A DNA stretch of 64,000 nt from an uncultured Pseudomonadota bacterium (GTDB taxonomy: Bacteria; Chloroflexota; UBA5177; JAJPKF01): NCBI GenBank assembly GCA_963799725.1, contig CAWCYJ010000026.1, forward strand, positions 5,120 to 69,119, read 5' to 3'. The notes under the pieces are model-generated. The model did not search any database and had not been told where the DNA came from. It worked only from the letters and a program-made list of their open reading frames with translations. The translations under genes were made by a program, and so were the position numbers. This document shows, piece after piece, positions 1-11,646 of this stretch (positions are counted from its first letter, which is position 1; each line of letters starts with the position of its first letter).

Positions 1-282
1 GTTGGCGGCTTCGGTGGCCGTATACGAGCCGGCACTGGTGCCGAGCGTGTTCACGAACATTTCGTGAATCGCCGCCGCTTGGGCGCTGACCGCCTGGTAC
101 ATCTGCGCATGCGCGGCGAACTGGGCTGCCGTCAAGGCCGAAACCTCATCGGCTGCGGCCGGAACCACCCCCGTCGTCGGGGCCGCCGCGGCCGCATTCT
201 GGGCGCTCATCGCCGAGCCGATGCCCTGCAGGTTGGCGGCCGCTGCCGACAGCGCCTCCGGCTGTGTGGTCACGAACGACAT
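1..282 (-). CDS. PE family protein, 3' end cut by the window edge
   Basis: Reverse translation from the ATG at 280-282 gives MSFVTTQPEALSAAAANLQGIGSAMSAQNAAAAAPTTGVVPAAADEVSALTAAQFAAHAQMYQAVSAQAAAIHEMFVNTLG..., the canonical PE domain. A GGAGGA-type SD lies just upstream. It is clearly paralogous to the PE gene at 5546-5845. It is absent from the ORF track because it runs off the window. Confidence 0.85.
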   Translation of the reverse strand, partial: MSFVTTQPEALSAAAANLQGIGSAMSAQNAAAAAPTTGVVPAAADEVSALTAAQFAAHAQMYQAVSAQAAAIHEMFVNTLGTSAGSYTATEAAN

Positions 283-392
283 TCAGCTTCCTCCTACCTC
301 GGTCCAGCAATTGCAGTTTCAGCAATCGCTTCGTGAATGAGAATAGACGCGGTGATCGCTGTGTGCCGCAGCACGAGCTGTGTGTTCGCAAG

Positions 393-419
393 TATTCACC
401 GAGCGGCAACAACTGTTCA
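393..419 (-). promoter_or_regulatory. Phased TATTCA / TGTTCA direct repeats upstream of the PE gene (candidate regulator binding site)
   Basis: TTCA cores at 395-398 and 416-419 are 21 bp apart and lie 113-137 nt upstream of the PE start. The same architecture recurs at 5948-5995 and 9056-9103. Confidence 0.4.
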
Positions 420-693
420 CCTGCGGTAACCGCCAAGTAACAGGACAGCTGGCCAACGGCCGGTCAGCACCGCCAAGCGATAGGTGACCTGCGAGAATGC
501 TCGGCACCGAAGCGGAGAAATTGTCGGTCCCGGCGCCGAGGCCGCGGCAACTCGCCGCATGCGGAAAGTCGTTTGGTCGCGGGAAAAGTAAAAATCCGGG
601 CGCGGCAAAGGCAATGCGCCTCCAGTTGTACATGCGTGCAGCAACAGCCGGCGCCAAAATGCCGACCGTCGCGACAGCAGTTACTATCTGGGA

Positions 694-2298
694 ATGCCGT
701 TGGCCAGCGGCGCGACTTTCGCTGGATATACCATCCTGCGGCTATTGGGCTCCGGTGAGATGGGTGAGGTCTACCTCGCTCAGCATCCCCGGTTGCCGCA
801 CTGGAACGCCTTGAAGGTGCTATCGGCGACGCTGACCGAAGACCGCGAGTTCCGCGACAGGTTCATGCGCGAGACCCCTATCGCCACGACCCTCTATCAC
901 CCGAACATTGTCGAGTTCCAGCACCGCGGTGAGTCTGAGGGACGGCTGTGGATCACAATGGACTACGTCAACGGCACGAACGCCGAGCAGCTGGTCGCCA
1001 ACCGGTTTCCGGCCGGCATGCCTCTCGGCGAAGTGCTGCCGACCGTCACGGCCATCGCCGACGCGCTGGATTACGCCCACAGCAGGGGCATGCTGCATCG
1101 TGACGTCAAACCCGCAAACATCTTGTTCGCCAGTCCGGCAGCCGGCGAACAACGAATACTGTTGACCGACTTCGGAATAGCCAGTCAGCTCGGTGACCAC
1201 AGCGGTGCGACGGTTGGCTACGCCGCTCCCGAACAATTGAGGGGCTCCGACATAGATGGCCGCGCCGACCAGTATGCGTTGGCGGCCAGCGCATTTCATC
1301 TGCTCACCGGTGAGTGCCCAGGCCGGCGGTCGAGGCTGGGCGATCGGCGCCGCGAAGCCGCGCGCTTAGACGACGTGCTTTCGAAGGCTCTTGCTCCCAA
1401 CCCCGCCGACCGGTTCGGTAGCTGCCGCGCGTTCGCCGATGCGCTCCAACAGTGTGTCGGAGCGTGGATGGGTGACCGCAGTCCCGAGGCGTACCTCAGC
1501 GTCGTCGACTATCCCAACGATGAGCCGGCATCCACGACCGAGCCGGTCACCGTTGCCGGGTCTGCTGCACCCGCGGAGATGCGACGTCGTCGGTGGCCGT
1601 GGATCCTCGGCCTGGCCGCAGCCGCTGTAATGCTGTGCGTCGGCCTGCTCGCCGTCGGCATCATGATCGGCCGCCGGAACGGAGCCAGCGTTACTCAGGG
1701 CGGCGGCCCCATGACGACCATCCAAACGTCTGCTCCGGCTGTCGCGCCGACCAGCACCACCCCTCGCAATATTCCGGGCCCGGGAGAAGCGCTTGACGGG
1801 TCGTACCGCTTCGACGTCAATCGCGCGCAGCAGACCTACAACGACACCCCCGACCCGCAACCGCCGAACGTCAGCACGTGGTGGGCTTTCCACACCTCGT
1901 GCACACCCGCGGCATGCGTTGCCACTGGAGTGCTGCTCGACGACGCCGACCACCAGAAGGTAAGCCCGAAAGGCGGCGACAAGCCCCTGGTGCTGGATTT
2001 CCGCGACGGCGCCTGGCAGTCGCGGCCGGAAACGGTGCTTTTCGCATGTGTGGGACCCAACGGCACGGCGGCCAAACAAACCACCGCACAGGCGATCCGG
2101 CTGCAGCAAGCACACGGCGCGCTGCGCGGCACCATGACCGTCACCGTCGAAAGCGATGAATGCGGTCAGAAAGGAGCGAGGATACAAATCCCCGCGGTCG
2201 CTGCGCGCATCGGCGACGTACCCACCGGGGTCGAGGTGACTGCTCCGCCGACGACCGCCTCAACTACGCCGGGCCCCACGTCCACGCCCGGCCGCTGA
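694..2298 (+). CDS. Transmembrane Ser/Thr protein kinase (Pkn family) with an extracytoplasmic C-terminal domain
   Basis: Hanks kinase motifs are present: GSGEMGEVY glycine loop, ALKVL lysine, HRDVKPANIL, DFGIA, YAAPE. One TM segment (WILGLAAAAVMLCVGLLAVGIMIG) is followed by a Cys-containing ectodomain and a Pro/Thr tail. Confidence 0.9.
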   Translation: MPLASGATFAGYTILRLLGSGEMGEVYLAQHPRLPHWNALKVLSATLTEDREFRDRFMRETPIATTLYHPNIVEFQHRGESEGRLWITMDYVNGTNAEQLVANRFPAGMPLGEVLPTVTAIADALDYAHSRGMLHRDVKPANILFASPAAGEQRILLTDFGIASQLGDHSGATVGYAAPEQLRGSDIDGRADQYALAASAFHLLTGECPGRRSRLGDRRREAARLDDVLSKALAPNPADRFGSCRAFADALQQCVGAWMGDRSPEAYLSVVDYPNDEPASTTEPVTVAGSAAPAEMRRRRWPWILGLAAAAVMLCVGLLAVGIMIGRRNGASVTQGGGPMTTIQTSAPAVAPTSTTPRNIPGPGEALDGSYRFDVNRAQQTYNDTPDPQPPNVSTWWAFHTSCTPAACVATGVLLDDADHQKVSPKGGDKPLVLDFRDGAWQSRPETVLFACVGPNGTAAKQTTAQAIRLQQAHGALRGTMTVTVESDECGQKGARIQIPAVAARIGDVPTGVEVTAPPTTASTTPGPTSTPGR

Positions 2299-2303
2299 TA
2301 CTG

Positions 2304-3763
<1,460 letters not shown>

Positions 3764-3765
3764 CG

Positions 3766-4098
3766 TCACATGGCGGCGATGATGTCCGGCGACCGGCCGG
3801 GCTGCGGGAACCGGCCCCGCAATGCCTGCAGGAGACGGTGAATTTCATCGATACGCGCATGTATTCGCAGCAGATCGCGAGACAACTCGTGGCCGTTGAG
3901 ATCGTGCTGCCAATCCGGCGACCCCGTCATCCGGTCTGCGAGCCGGTGTAGTTGAGCGAATTCAGATTGCAGAATGCTCTCGAAGAGCCGCGCCTGCGCT
4001 ACCTCGGCAGGCTGCACGTGTCGATCCAGCACCCCGGCAGTGGTTTTCGGTGCCAGTCGGTTATGCAGAAATTCAGATGACTCCACAGGCTGCGCCAT
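3766..4098 (-). CDS. Hypothetical protein (110 aa)
   Basis: Clean ORF with non-shadow composition that fills the gap between the ferredoxin and the PPE gene. No recognisable motif. Confidence 0.5.
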   Translation of the reverse strand: MAQPVESSEFLHNRLAPKTTAGVLDRHVQPAEVAQARLFESILQSEFAQLHRLADRMTGSPDWQHDLNGHELSRDLLRIHARIDEIHRLLQALRGRFPQPGRSPDIIAAM

Positions 4099-4312
4099 GT
4101 GATACCCCTAACCCCGGCATCAGATGTTCATCACACCGCAACCTACTCCCTCTCCCGGCGAGTTACATCCATCGCTGAAAGCTTTTCCAGCTGTTCATGT
4201 TTGGGCCACGGGAGCGACACCATTGACGCGGAAGGTTTACATTCGTCAAGCCGCGGCTGCGCTGCCCCGGCAAGCAAGCCAATGCCGGAGAAGGATATGG
4301 GTCCAGTTGACG

Positions 4313-5536
4313 CTAACCGGCGAACGGGGGCCGTGACATCACGGTGGGGCGGAATCCATATCTGGGGCCAGCACCGGCAGCACCGGCACCGGCACCGGCC
4401 AGCGGCATGCCGCCCAACAGATTTCCGGCTCCCCCAGTTGCTTCCGGAGCGGCAGCTACCGAGCTGATCGGCATTGGCGCGGTGGTAGTGGGTAACGCCG
4501 CACTCGCGCCGCTCCATGCGGGTGGCACCGACAATTTGCCGACCACAGGCGCGTTACCCAAGCCGGCCGATACCGGACCGCCAGCGCCGCCACCGCCGTT
4601 ACCGAGCAGGCCACCCAAACCGCCTAAGCCGCCTGCCGCTTTCGGTGCGGCGGCGGGTGCTGCCGCACCGATCATTCCTAGGGTCTTCGCCGTCTGAACG
4701 AAGTTGTTGCCCATACCGATGCTGAAGTAGGGCAAGCCCTCGGTGTTGTAGAAGAAGCCCGCGAATGGGCTGTAGGCATTTAACAGCCCCGACAACGATG
4801 AGGGCAGGACCGACGATCCGGTCAACAGCTTCCAGATCTCTGACAACAGCGTTGGGGAGGATGTCGTCGCCGACGAGGCGGGCGTCGCGAGACTTTGCAG
4901 CGTAGTCGGCGTTGATGAGACCAAGTGTGACAGTGTCGACTGCGAGTTGCCGGCCGCGGTGGCCGCGGCTTGGGTCACCGCTGCGGCTTGAGTTGCCTGC
5001 CCGGCGGGGTTGGTGGTCTGCGCCGGGGAGGCGAACGGCGTGACCCTGGTCGACGTTGCGGCCTGGCCCGCGTAGCCGTACATCGCGCCAGCGTTTTGAG
5101 CCCACATCTCACCGTATTGCGCCTCGAGCTGCGCGATCACCGGCGTGTTCTGACCAAAGACGTTGGTCATCACCGCCTGCGCCAGCTGGGCGCGGTTGGC
5201 CGCGATCAGAGGCGGAGGCACATGCGCGGCCAACGCGGTTTCGTAAGCACCGGCTGCCGCCGCGGCTTGGGTTGCCGCGTGCTCGGCTTGCGCGGCGGTG
5301 GTACTCATCCACGTCACATAGGGTGAAGCCGCTTCCGCCATCGCCGCCGACGCCGGACCCATCCACCCATCACTGGACAGGCGCGTGATCACCGTGCCGT
5401 ACCCCGTTGCGGCGGAATTCAGCTCGCCGGCCAGCGCATTCCAGGCCGACGCGGCGGCCATCAGCGGCCCCGAACCCGGACCCGCATAGATGCGAGCGGA
5501 GTTGACCTCTGGAGGTAACGCCCCGAAATCCAGCAC
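4313..5536 (-). CDS. PPE family protein (SVP subfamily)
   Basis: N-terminus [25 protein letters not shown] with the PPE motif. It carries the GxxSVPxxW signature ([11 protein letters not shown]) and lies 9 nt downstream of its PE partner. Confidence 0.92.
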   Translation of the reverse strand: MLDFGALPPEVNSARIYAGPGSGPLMAAASAWNALAGELNSAATGYGTVITRLSSDGWMGPASAAMAEAASPYVTWMSTTAAQAEHAATQAAAAAGAYETALAAHVPPPLIAANRAQLAQAVMTNVFGQNTPVIAQLEAQYGEMWAQNAGAMYGYAGQAATSTRVTPFASPAQTTNPAGQATQAAAVTQAAATAAGNSQSTLSHLVSSTPTTLQSLATPASSATTSSPTLLSEIWKLLTGSSVLPSSLSGLLNAYSPFAGFFYNTEGLPYFSIGMGNNFVQTAKTLGMIGAAAPAAAPKAAGGLGGLGGLLGNGGGGAGGPVSAGLGNAPVVGKLSVPPAWSGASAALPTTTAPMPISSVAAAPEATGGAGNLLGGMPLAGAGAGAAGAGPRYGFRPTVMSRPPFAG

Positions 5537-5545
5537 TACTCCTCC

Positions 5546-5845
5546 TCAGCCGGCCGCGACAGCATTGGCGGCCTCGGTGGCCGCGTACGAACCAGCGCTG
5601 GTGCCCAGCGTGTTGACGAACATCTCGTGGATCGCTGCGGCCTGGGCGCTGACTGCCTGATACATCTGGGCGTGCGCGGCGAACTGGGCCGCCGTCAGAG
5701 CCGATACCTCATCGGCCGCCGCAGGTACGACTCCCGTCGTGGGGGCCGCCGCGGCCGCGTTCTGGGCTGCCAACGCCGAGCCGATGCCGGACAAGTTGAC
5801 CGCCGCCGCCGATAAAGCTTCTGGCTGAGTCGTGACAAACGACAC
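5546..5845 (-). CDS. PE family protein (99 aa)
   Basis: GTG at 5843-5845 is preceded by GAGGAGGA and gives (M)SFVTTQPEALSAAAVNLSGIGSALAAQNAAAAAPTTGVVPAAADEVSALTAAQFAAHAQMYQ... The ORF-track start at 5860 adds 5 non-canonical residues. Confidence 0.9.
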   Translation of the reverse strand: MSFVTTQPEALSAAAVNLSGIGSALAAQNAAAAAPTTGVVPAAADEVSALTAAQFAAHAQMYQAVSAQAAAIHEMFVNTLGTSAGSYAATEAANAVAAG

Positions 5846-5947
5846 TGGATTCCTCCTCAATAACCTTCAGCCTCAATGACCTTTGGGAGGTCATTTCGTC
5901 GTTGAGATTAGTCGGCTCACGTCGCGATAAGCGCCAGCGACGCCAAG

Positions 5948-5995
5948 TATTCATTCCTGGACGGCCAGTGTTCATACATAGGTAGCACCCGTTCA
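5948..5995 (-). promoter_or_regulatory. Three phased TTCA-core direct repeats upstream of the PE-PPE operon
   Basis: TATTCA (5948-5953), TGTTCA (5969-5974) and CGTTCA (5990-5995) are spaced exactly 21 bp apart, 105-150 nt upstream of the PE start. Confidence 0.4.
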
Positions 5996-6160
5996 CTGCG
6001 AGTTTGGTTGCCCGCTGATTTAACCGCCATACCTGCGCAAACATCAGGATGTGGGCGGGGTGGCGATGGCCCACAGACGCCCGGCGGGCTACCACTGTTC
6101 GGCTATCGTGCCGAATAAAATCTTGTCGCGGATAAAGCGTCGTTGCATTGCCCCCCACGC

Positions 6161-7414
6161 TTATCCGGCGGCGGGCGGGCGTGGGATGACGGGGTAGCGG
6201 AAGCCGTATTTGTGTACGAAGCCGCCGGTGCCGCGCCGACCGATGGCCGACAACGGCATACCGCGCAGCAGCCCCGATGGGCTCCCACTTTCCTCGGCAG
6301 CACGCACCGCACTGAGCGACACCGCACCCTGTGCCGCCGGATTAATTCCCCCTGCCGCGCTGGCCCAAGTCGATGGCACCGACAGCGAACCGATCGACTC
6401 GGCCTGCCCGATACCCGCCGCTACCGGCGCACCCCCGAAGCCACCGCCTAGGCCCAGCCCGGCAAACTGCGGCGTCGGATACCAGGCACCGCCCGAACCA
6501 GCCGTGGTTCCCGCGCCGAACGTCAACTGCTGGTTGATCGAGGCGAAGAATGAGGTCATCCCGAGCCCAAAGTATGAGAACCCCACGGTTTGTTTGAGCA
6601 GCGCGGTGTAGTTGGCGGTGGTAAGGGCCGGGCCGGTGCCGATGGGCGCGGGTAGCCACGACAACCATGACGGCTGCGTGGTGGCTGTGCTAGTCGAGGT
6701 CGCAGTCCCCGTCGACGACGAAAGCGGCTGCGCTGCCTGGGGCACCGCAGAAGCCGAAACCAGTTGCGGGGCCACCGATGTGGTGGTCTGCGCCGAGGTA
6801 CCCGCCGGCGTCGCCGTGGCCTGCGCCACCGCCGCCGACTGCCCGGCCACCCCACCGGGATTGGTGGTCTGGGCCGGCTCACTAAACGGCGTCACCGTCG
6901 ACGCCGTCGCCGACGCCCCGGCATACCCATACATCGCCGCCGCATCCTGGGCCCACATCTCGGCATAAAGCGCCTCCGTGGCCATAATCGCCGGCGTGTT
7001 CTGCCCGAAAAAATTCGTCGCGATCAACGCCATCAGCAACGCCCGATTAGCCGCAATCACCGGCGGCGGCACCGTCATCGCAAACGCCGCCTCATAGGCA
7101 GCCACCGCCGCCCGAGCCTGCGAGGCGGTCTGCTCCGCCAACGCCGCCGTCGCACTCAACCACGACACATACGGCGCCGCCGCAGCCGACATCGACATCG
7201 ACGCCGGACCCACCCACGGCCCACTAGTCAACTCCGAAACCACCGAACCATAGCCGCTGGCCGCCACATTCAACTCAGCCGCCAACTCATCCCAAGCCAC
7301 CGAAGCAGCCAACAACGGCCCCGCCCCAGGACCGGCATACATCCGACCCGAATTGATCTCCGGCGGCAACACCCCGAAATCCAGCAATGAAGATGCGCTT
7401 CCTGGTATCGACAA
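6161..7414 (-). CDS. PPE family protein (SVP subfamily), tandem copy A
   Basis: [24 protein letters not shown]..., with [11 protein letters not shown]. After the start region, about the first 263 residues are identical to copy B. The track start at 7414 is a TTG that adds MSIPGSASS; an alternative TTG at 7390 gives the canonical MLDFG. Confidence 0.9.
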   Translation of the reverse strand: MSIPGSASSLLDFGVLPPEINSGRMYAGPGAGPLLAASVAWDELAAELNVAASGYGSVVSELTSGPWVGPASMSMSAAAAPYVSWLSATAALAEQTASQARAAVAAYEAAFAMTVPPPVIAANRALLMALIATNFFGQNTPAIMATEALYAEMWAQDAAAMYGYAGASATASTVTPFSEPAQTTNPGGVAGQSAAVAQATATPAGTSAQTTTSVAPQLVSASAVPQAAQPLSSSTGTATSTSTATTQPSWLSWLPAPIGTGPALTTANYTALLKQTVGFSYFGLGMTSFFASINQQLTFGAGTTAGSGGAWYPTPQFAGLGLGGGFGGAPVAAGIGQAESIGSLSVPSTWASAAGGINPAAQGAVSLSAVRAAEESGSPSGLLRGMPLSAIGRRGTGGFVHKYGFRYPVIPRPPAAG

Positions 7415-7607
7415 GACTCACGGTCAACGACATTGAGGACGTTAGATGTCCCTGGCGCGACGCGACGCGCTCAGCACTGGTGCATTAGCCGGCGTGCACT
7501 GTCGTTCGCGGCGAAACAATGCAGCTAGGCGCGGGCCGACAAGGTGGCGCGTGACAAAAAATCTTGTCGCGGATAAAGCGCGGTCGGCGTTGGCCTGGTC
7601 TGGTGGT

Positions 7608-8834
7608 TTATCCGGCGGACGGCGGGCGTGGGATGACGGGGTAGCGGAAGCCGTATCTGTGCACAAAACCGCCGGAGGCGCGCCGACCGATGCCCGACAG
7701 CGGCATACCCCGCAGCAGCCCAGATGGGCTCCCACCTTCCTCGACAGCACGCACCGCACTGAGCGAGACCGCCCCTTGCGCCGTCGGGCTGAGGCCTGTG
7801 GCGCCGGCCCAGCTGGGCGGCACCGACAGCTGCCCGATCGACTCGGCCTGCCCGATACCCGCCGCTACCGGCGAGCCACCCAAGCCACCGCCCAGGCCCA
7901 GCCCGGCAAACTGCGGCGTCGGATACCAGGCACCGCCCGAACCAGCCGTGGTCCCCGCGCCGAACGTCAACTGCTGGCCAATCGAGGCAATGAACTGCGA
8001 CATGCCCAGCGGGAAATACCCGAGTATCCCTGCGTTTTGTTTTAACAGTGTGGTCCAGTTATTGGTGGTAAGGGCCGGGCCGGTGCCGATGGGCGCGGGT
8101 AGCCACGACAACCATGACGGCTGCGTGGTGGCTGTGCTAGTCGAGGTCGCAGTCCCCGTCGACGACGAAAGCGGCTGCGCTGCCTGGGGCACCGCAGAAG
8201 CCGAAACCAGTTGCGGGGCCACCGATGTGGTGGTCTGCGCCGAGGTACCCGCCGGCGTCGCCGTGGCCTGCGCCACCGCCGCCGACTGCCCGGCCACCCC
8301 ACCGGGATTGGTGGTCTGGGCCGGCTCACTAAACGGCGTCACCGTCGACGCCGTCGCCGACGCCCCGGCATACCCATACATCGCCGCCGCATCCTGGGCC
8401 CACATCTCGGCATAAAGCGCCTCCGTGGCCATAATCGCCGGCGTGTTCTGCCCGAAAAAATTCGTCGCGATCAACGCCATCAGCAACGCCCGATTAGCCG
8501 CAATCACCGGCGGCGGCACCGTCATCGCAAACGCCGCCTCATAGGCAGCCACCGCCGCCCGAGCCTGCGAGGCGGTCTGCTCCGCCAACGCCGCCGTCGC
8601 ACTCAACCACGACACATACGGCGCCGCCGCAGCCGACATCGACATCGACGCCGGACCCACCCACGGCCCACTAGTCAACTCCGAAACCACCGAACCATAG
8701 CCGCTGGCCGCCACATTCAACTCAGCCGCCAACTCATCCCAAGCCACCGAAGCAGCCAACAACGGCCCCGCCCCAGGACCGGCATACATCCGACCCGAAT
8801 TGATCTCCGGCGGCAACACCCCGAAATCCAGCAC
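7608..8834 (-). CDS. PPE family protein (SVP subfamily), tandem copy B
   Basis: GTG start at 8834 is preceded by GGAGGG and gives [25 protein letters not shown]... It carries [11 protein letters not shown]. Confidence 0.92.
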   Translation of the reverse strand: MLDFGVLPPEINSGRMYAGPGAGPLLAASVAWDELAAELNVAASGYGSVVSELTSGPWVGPASMSMSAAAAPYVSWLSATAALAEQTASQARAAVAAYEAAFAMTVPPPVIAANRALLMALIATNFFGQNTPAIMATEALYAEMWAQDAAAMYGYAGASATASTVTPFSEPAQTTNPGGVAGQSAAVAQATATPAGTSAQTTTSVAPQLVSASAVPQAAQPLSSSTGTATSTSTATTQPSWLSWLPAPIGTGPALTTNNWTTLLKQNAGILGYFPLGMSQFIASIGQQLTFGAGTTAGSGGAWYPTPQFAGLGLGGGLGGSPVAAGIGQAESIGQLSVPPSWAGATGLSPTAQGAVSLSAVRAVEEGGSPSGLLRGMPLSGIGRRASGGFVHRYGFRYPVIPRPPSAG

Positions 8835-9055
8835 TACATCCCTCCGTCAGCGGCCGCACGCCAACAAGTGGCCACCCAGAGCTTTTTCATGACGTCGACG
8901 TGCGAAGCGCGGTACGTGGTCACAGCCGAAATGCGCTTTCTTTCCTCGGTTACCCTCAGCGTCAACAACATTGAGTACGGATACTTGTCACTGAAACAAT
9001 CGCTCGGTTGCGAGATTAGTTGGCAATGCAGGCAATCACCGCCGCCGACGCCAAC

Positions 9056-9103
9056 TATTCATTCCTGTACAGCAACAGTTCATCGGTCAGCAACGGCTGT
9101 TCA
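9056..9103 (-). promoter_or_regulatory. Three phased TTCA-core direct repeats upstream of PPE copy B
   Basis: TATTCA (9056-9061), AGTTCA (9077-9082) and TGTTCA (9098-9103) are spaced 21 bp apart. The flanking GCCAACTATTCATTCCTG matches GCCAAGTATTCATTCCTG at 5943. Confidence 0.4.
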
Positions 9104-9176
9104 TCCGTTGTTAGGCCGACCGTCGCCGACGGGGCGACCGCAGCGTCCGACGGACGCCGACAGCAGTCCAGGTGAT

Positions 9177-9299
9177 TTACCCGCCCGCCGGCGGCACCAC
9201 GTCGGTGGTCGGCGCCGCCACGGCAGCATTTTGCGCTGTCATTGCCGATCCAATGGCTTGCAAATTTCCGGCCGCCGCCGTCAACTCCGCTGGGTGCGG
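9177..9299 (-). pseudogene. PE gene remnant (N-terminal fragment without a start, premature stop)
   Basis: The minus-strand frame reads ...PHPAELTAAAGNLQAIGSAMTAQNAAVAAPTTDVVPPAGG*. This matches PE residues ~7-45, but an in-frame stop replaces the MSFVTT start and the helix-2 part is missing. Confidence 0.6.
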
Positions 9300-9346
9300 T
9301 TAGCTATGAGTCGCTACGGGAGCGCTCGGTTGCGCTGAGCCCGCGC

Positions 9347-11635
9347 CTAGCGGCGCAGGTCGGTGGCCGCGACTTGCACGTACACACCGGTGTCTTCGGC
9401 CATCAGCAGGCCACGACCGCGCGGCAACGGGCCACCCTTCATCTTCCCGCGGATGAAGCCCTCGTCGGGGTCGGCGTCCATGACCAGCAACGGCGCATTG
9501 GCCTGGTGCAGCGCCCGAAGCATCGGGTCGCTGCCTGCCGACGACCAGCCGCCGAAGGTGCGGGTGACGATGACATGCAAGCCGACATCGGCTGCCCGCG
9601 TCACCCAAGGCGCGGCCTTCTGCAGTGGCGAGTCGAAGCCCGGCGGCAGCTGCTGGACATCGTCGATGATCAAGAAGATCTCCGGCCCGCTCCACCACGA
9701 CCGCGACAGCAGCTCTTCGGCTGATAGGCCCGGCGGTGGTTCGCGGCTGGCCAGCATTGCCCCCAGCTCGTCCATCATCGCCGACACTCCGTCGAGGTTG
9801 TAGGCGAACTTCTCGACGTAGTCGGTGCCGAGCACGGTCAGCAGCTGACGGCGTGGGTCGACCAGCCACACCTGCGCGGAGGGTTTCGATGTCGGCGGCG
9901 CGATGCTCGCTCCCGGTGCGTACACCCGTCCGATCTCGCACATGATCGTAGCCAGCGTCGTGGTACGCCCGCACTCCCGCCGGCCCGTCACCATCAGATG
10001 CGCGTTCTCGGCGAAATTCAAATACACCGGCTGCAGATCCAATTCGTTGATGGCCCAAGCGATTCCGCCCGCGCCGACGCCCTCGCGGCGATCGGCTGCG
10101 GCCAACGCCTGCACCTGCTCCAGCCCGAATCGCGCCGGCAGCCTGCGCACTGGACGTGCTTCGCCGACGGCCACCCGGCTAACGGCTTCGGCGACGCTGT
10201 CAGACTCGAAAACCCTGTCCGGCGTGTTCGTCAGCGCGGGCCGGGCCACCAGCGTGTGCAGACCAGATTGCGGATCGCTGTCCAGCCGTACGTAATTCAC
10301 CGCGACCATGCCGCGGCCCGGCTTGACCGGGACGTCCTTGGCGAACCGGGAGCGCACGAGTTTCGCGTCCTCCACCGCAGCCAGCCGCAGCTCGATTCGG
10401 GACCCGAAGCCGCTGCGCACCGGCGGTCGCAGCTCCGATTCGCGGTCGGCGGTGGCGATCACGTGCACCCCGAACGACGGCCCCTGGTTGATGATCTGGT
10501 TCACCTGCTCGATCAGGATCTCGTTTTCTTCGGCCAGCGCCCGGTAGTTGTCGATCACCAGATAGACATCGCCGAACATGTCAGGCACGCGACCGGGGGC
10601 GCCGCCGAACTTACGCCGCCTGAACACGTCCATCGATGGGATGTCGTACTCCAGGAAAGTGCGTTTGCGCTCGCGAAGCAGTGCCAGCAGCTCAGCCACC
10701 GTGCGACGAACGCCGTACGGGTCGGTGGAGCCGACAACCTCGCCGACGTGCGGCAGCCTGGCCACCGTCATGAGCGCGGTGCTGCTGTAGGCCAGGACGT
10801 AGAACTGGACCTGCTCGGGCGTGTGGGTCATCGCAGCCGAGCAGATCAGCGTCTGCAACGCGGTGGTCTTGCCCGCACCGCCGGCGCCCAGGATCAGCAC
10901 GTTGGCACCGGCCCCGGAGGTGTCCACCGTCCACGGCGGCTGGTCGTGCTTGTACGGGCGGTCGATGATCCCGATTGGGAACACCAAGTTCCTGGCCGTG
11001 CCGTAGTCCTCCTGCCAGGGCTTGCCGCGGTAGCGGTTGACTATCTCGTCGACCGCTACCGGCACGTCCAGCGGCGGATGCCATAACCGGTAGGGCTCGA
11101 AGTCGATTCGGCGCAACTGGTCGATGATCACCGTGCCGACTTTGGGCGTTCGGATCGCTTCTTCTTCTTCGTCCTCTTCGTCGGCGGCACTGCTGGTGGG
11201 AAACACCTCGCCGTTATCGCTGAGTACCTCACCGTTCGTTTCGAAGTCCGGGCCACTGACGCTGACCTCGATGGGGGTGAACCCGGTGGTGAACAGTTGC
11301 GGGCGAATGTAATCGACGGAATGCGTCAGCGGCGTTTGCTCGTCGTCGAGTGACACTCCGCGGCGGTAGTCGCGCCACAGGAACTCCGCCTGGAATCGGA
11401 TGATCTCCTCGAGGCTCTTGCGGAAATAGCCCAGCCCGGCCTGAGCGGGCAGGTTGACCGCGTTCGGCACGCCGGCCGCCTGTGCAGCGCCGGCGGTCCG
11501 CGCTTTCAGCACCAGCCGGTAACCCATGTTCTCCATGAGCTTTTCGGCTCGGCTCTCGATGGCTTTCATCCACAGAGAGCCCACGCCTCCGCGGCCAGAT
11601 CGTTGAGGGAGAGCCCTTGCGGTGACAGCCGGCAT
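9347..11635 (-). CDS. eccC: ESX type VII secretion FtsK/SpoIIIE-family ATPase EccC, 5'-truncated (C-terminal ~760 aa only)
   Basis: Two P-loops (LGAGGAGKTTAL, TGRRECGRTTTL). The segment IESRAEKLMENMGYRLVLKARTAG resembles the end of ATPase domain 1. Full EccC proteins have TM helices plus three ATPase domains. The frame stays open up to the compositional junction, and the ATG at 11635 is probably fortuitous. Confidence 0.85.
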   Translation of the reverse strand: MPAVTARALPQRSGRGGVGSLWMKAIESRAEKLMENMGYRLVLKARTAGAAQAAGVPNAVNLPAQAGLGYFRKSLEEIIRFQAEFLWRDYRRGVSLDDEQTPLTHSVDYIRPQLFTTGFTPIEVSVSGPDFETNGEVLSDNGEVFPTSSAADEEDEEEEAIRTPKVGTVIIDQLRRIDFEPYRLWHPPLDVPVAVDEIVNRYRGKPWQEDYGTARNLVFPIGIIDRPYKHDQPPWTVDTSGAGANVLILGAGGAGKTTALQTLICSAAMTHTPEQVQFYVLAYSSTALMTVARLPHVGEVVGSTDPYGVRRTVAELLALLRERKRTFLEYDIPSMDVFRRRKFGGAPGRVPDMFGDVYLVIDNYRALAEENEILIEQVNQIINQGPSFGVHVIATADRESELRPPVRSGFGSRIELRLAAVEDAKLVRSRFAKDVPVKPGRGMVAVNYVRLDSDPQSGLHTLVARPALTNTPDRVFESDSVAEAVSRVAVGEARPVRRLPARFGLEQVQALAAADRREGVGAGGIAWAINELDLQPVYLNFAENAHLMVTGRRECGRTTTLATIMCEIGRVYAPGASIAPPTSKPSAQVWLVDPRRQLLTVLGTDYVEKFAYNLDGVSAMMDELGAMLASREPPPGLSAEELLSRSWWSGPEIFLIIDDVQQLPPGFDSPLQKAAPWVTRAADVGLHVIVTRTFGGWSSAGSDPMLRALHQANAPLLVMDADPDEGFIRGKMKGGPLPRGRGLLMAEDTGVYVQVAATDLRR

Positions 11636-11646
11636 GCTAGCTGTTG

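Larger units (their letters stand above)
6117..8836. repeat. Tandem duplication of a PPE gene unit (period 1,447 bp)
   Basis: Stop codons (6161/7608) and start regions (7374/8821) are both offset by exactly 1,447 bp. The 5' ~790 bp of the two CDS look identical by eye. The 3' ~430 bp and the 3' flank (AAAATCTTGTCGCGGATAAAGCG at 6117 and 7558) are only similar. Confidence 0.9.

Noticed and set aside
4123-4199. Two further TGTTCA motifs (4125-4130, 4192-4197) upstream of the hypothetical gene at 3766-4098, considered as part of the phased-repeat element.
   Set aside because: Their spacing is 67 bp, which is not a 21-bp multiple, and the flanking conserved block is absent. They could be chance hexamers.
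11560-11640. Possible frameshift at the 5' end of the eccC fragment. An alternative frame reads RLSPQGLSLNDLAAEAW.
   Set aside because: The annotated frame (…QRSGRGGVGSLWMKAIESRAEKL…) aligns acceptably with my memory of the EccC domain-1 segment (…GRSLGVHLLLASQRLDEGR…). No shift needs to be invoked.
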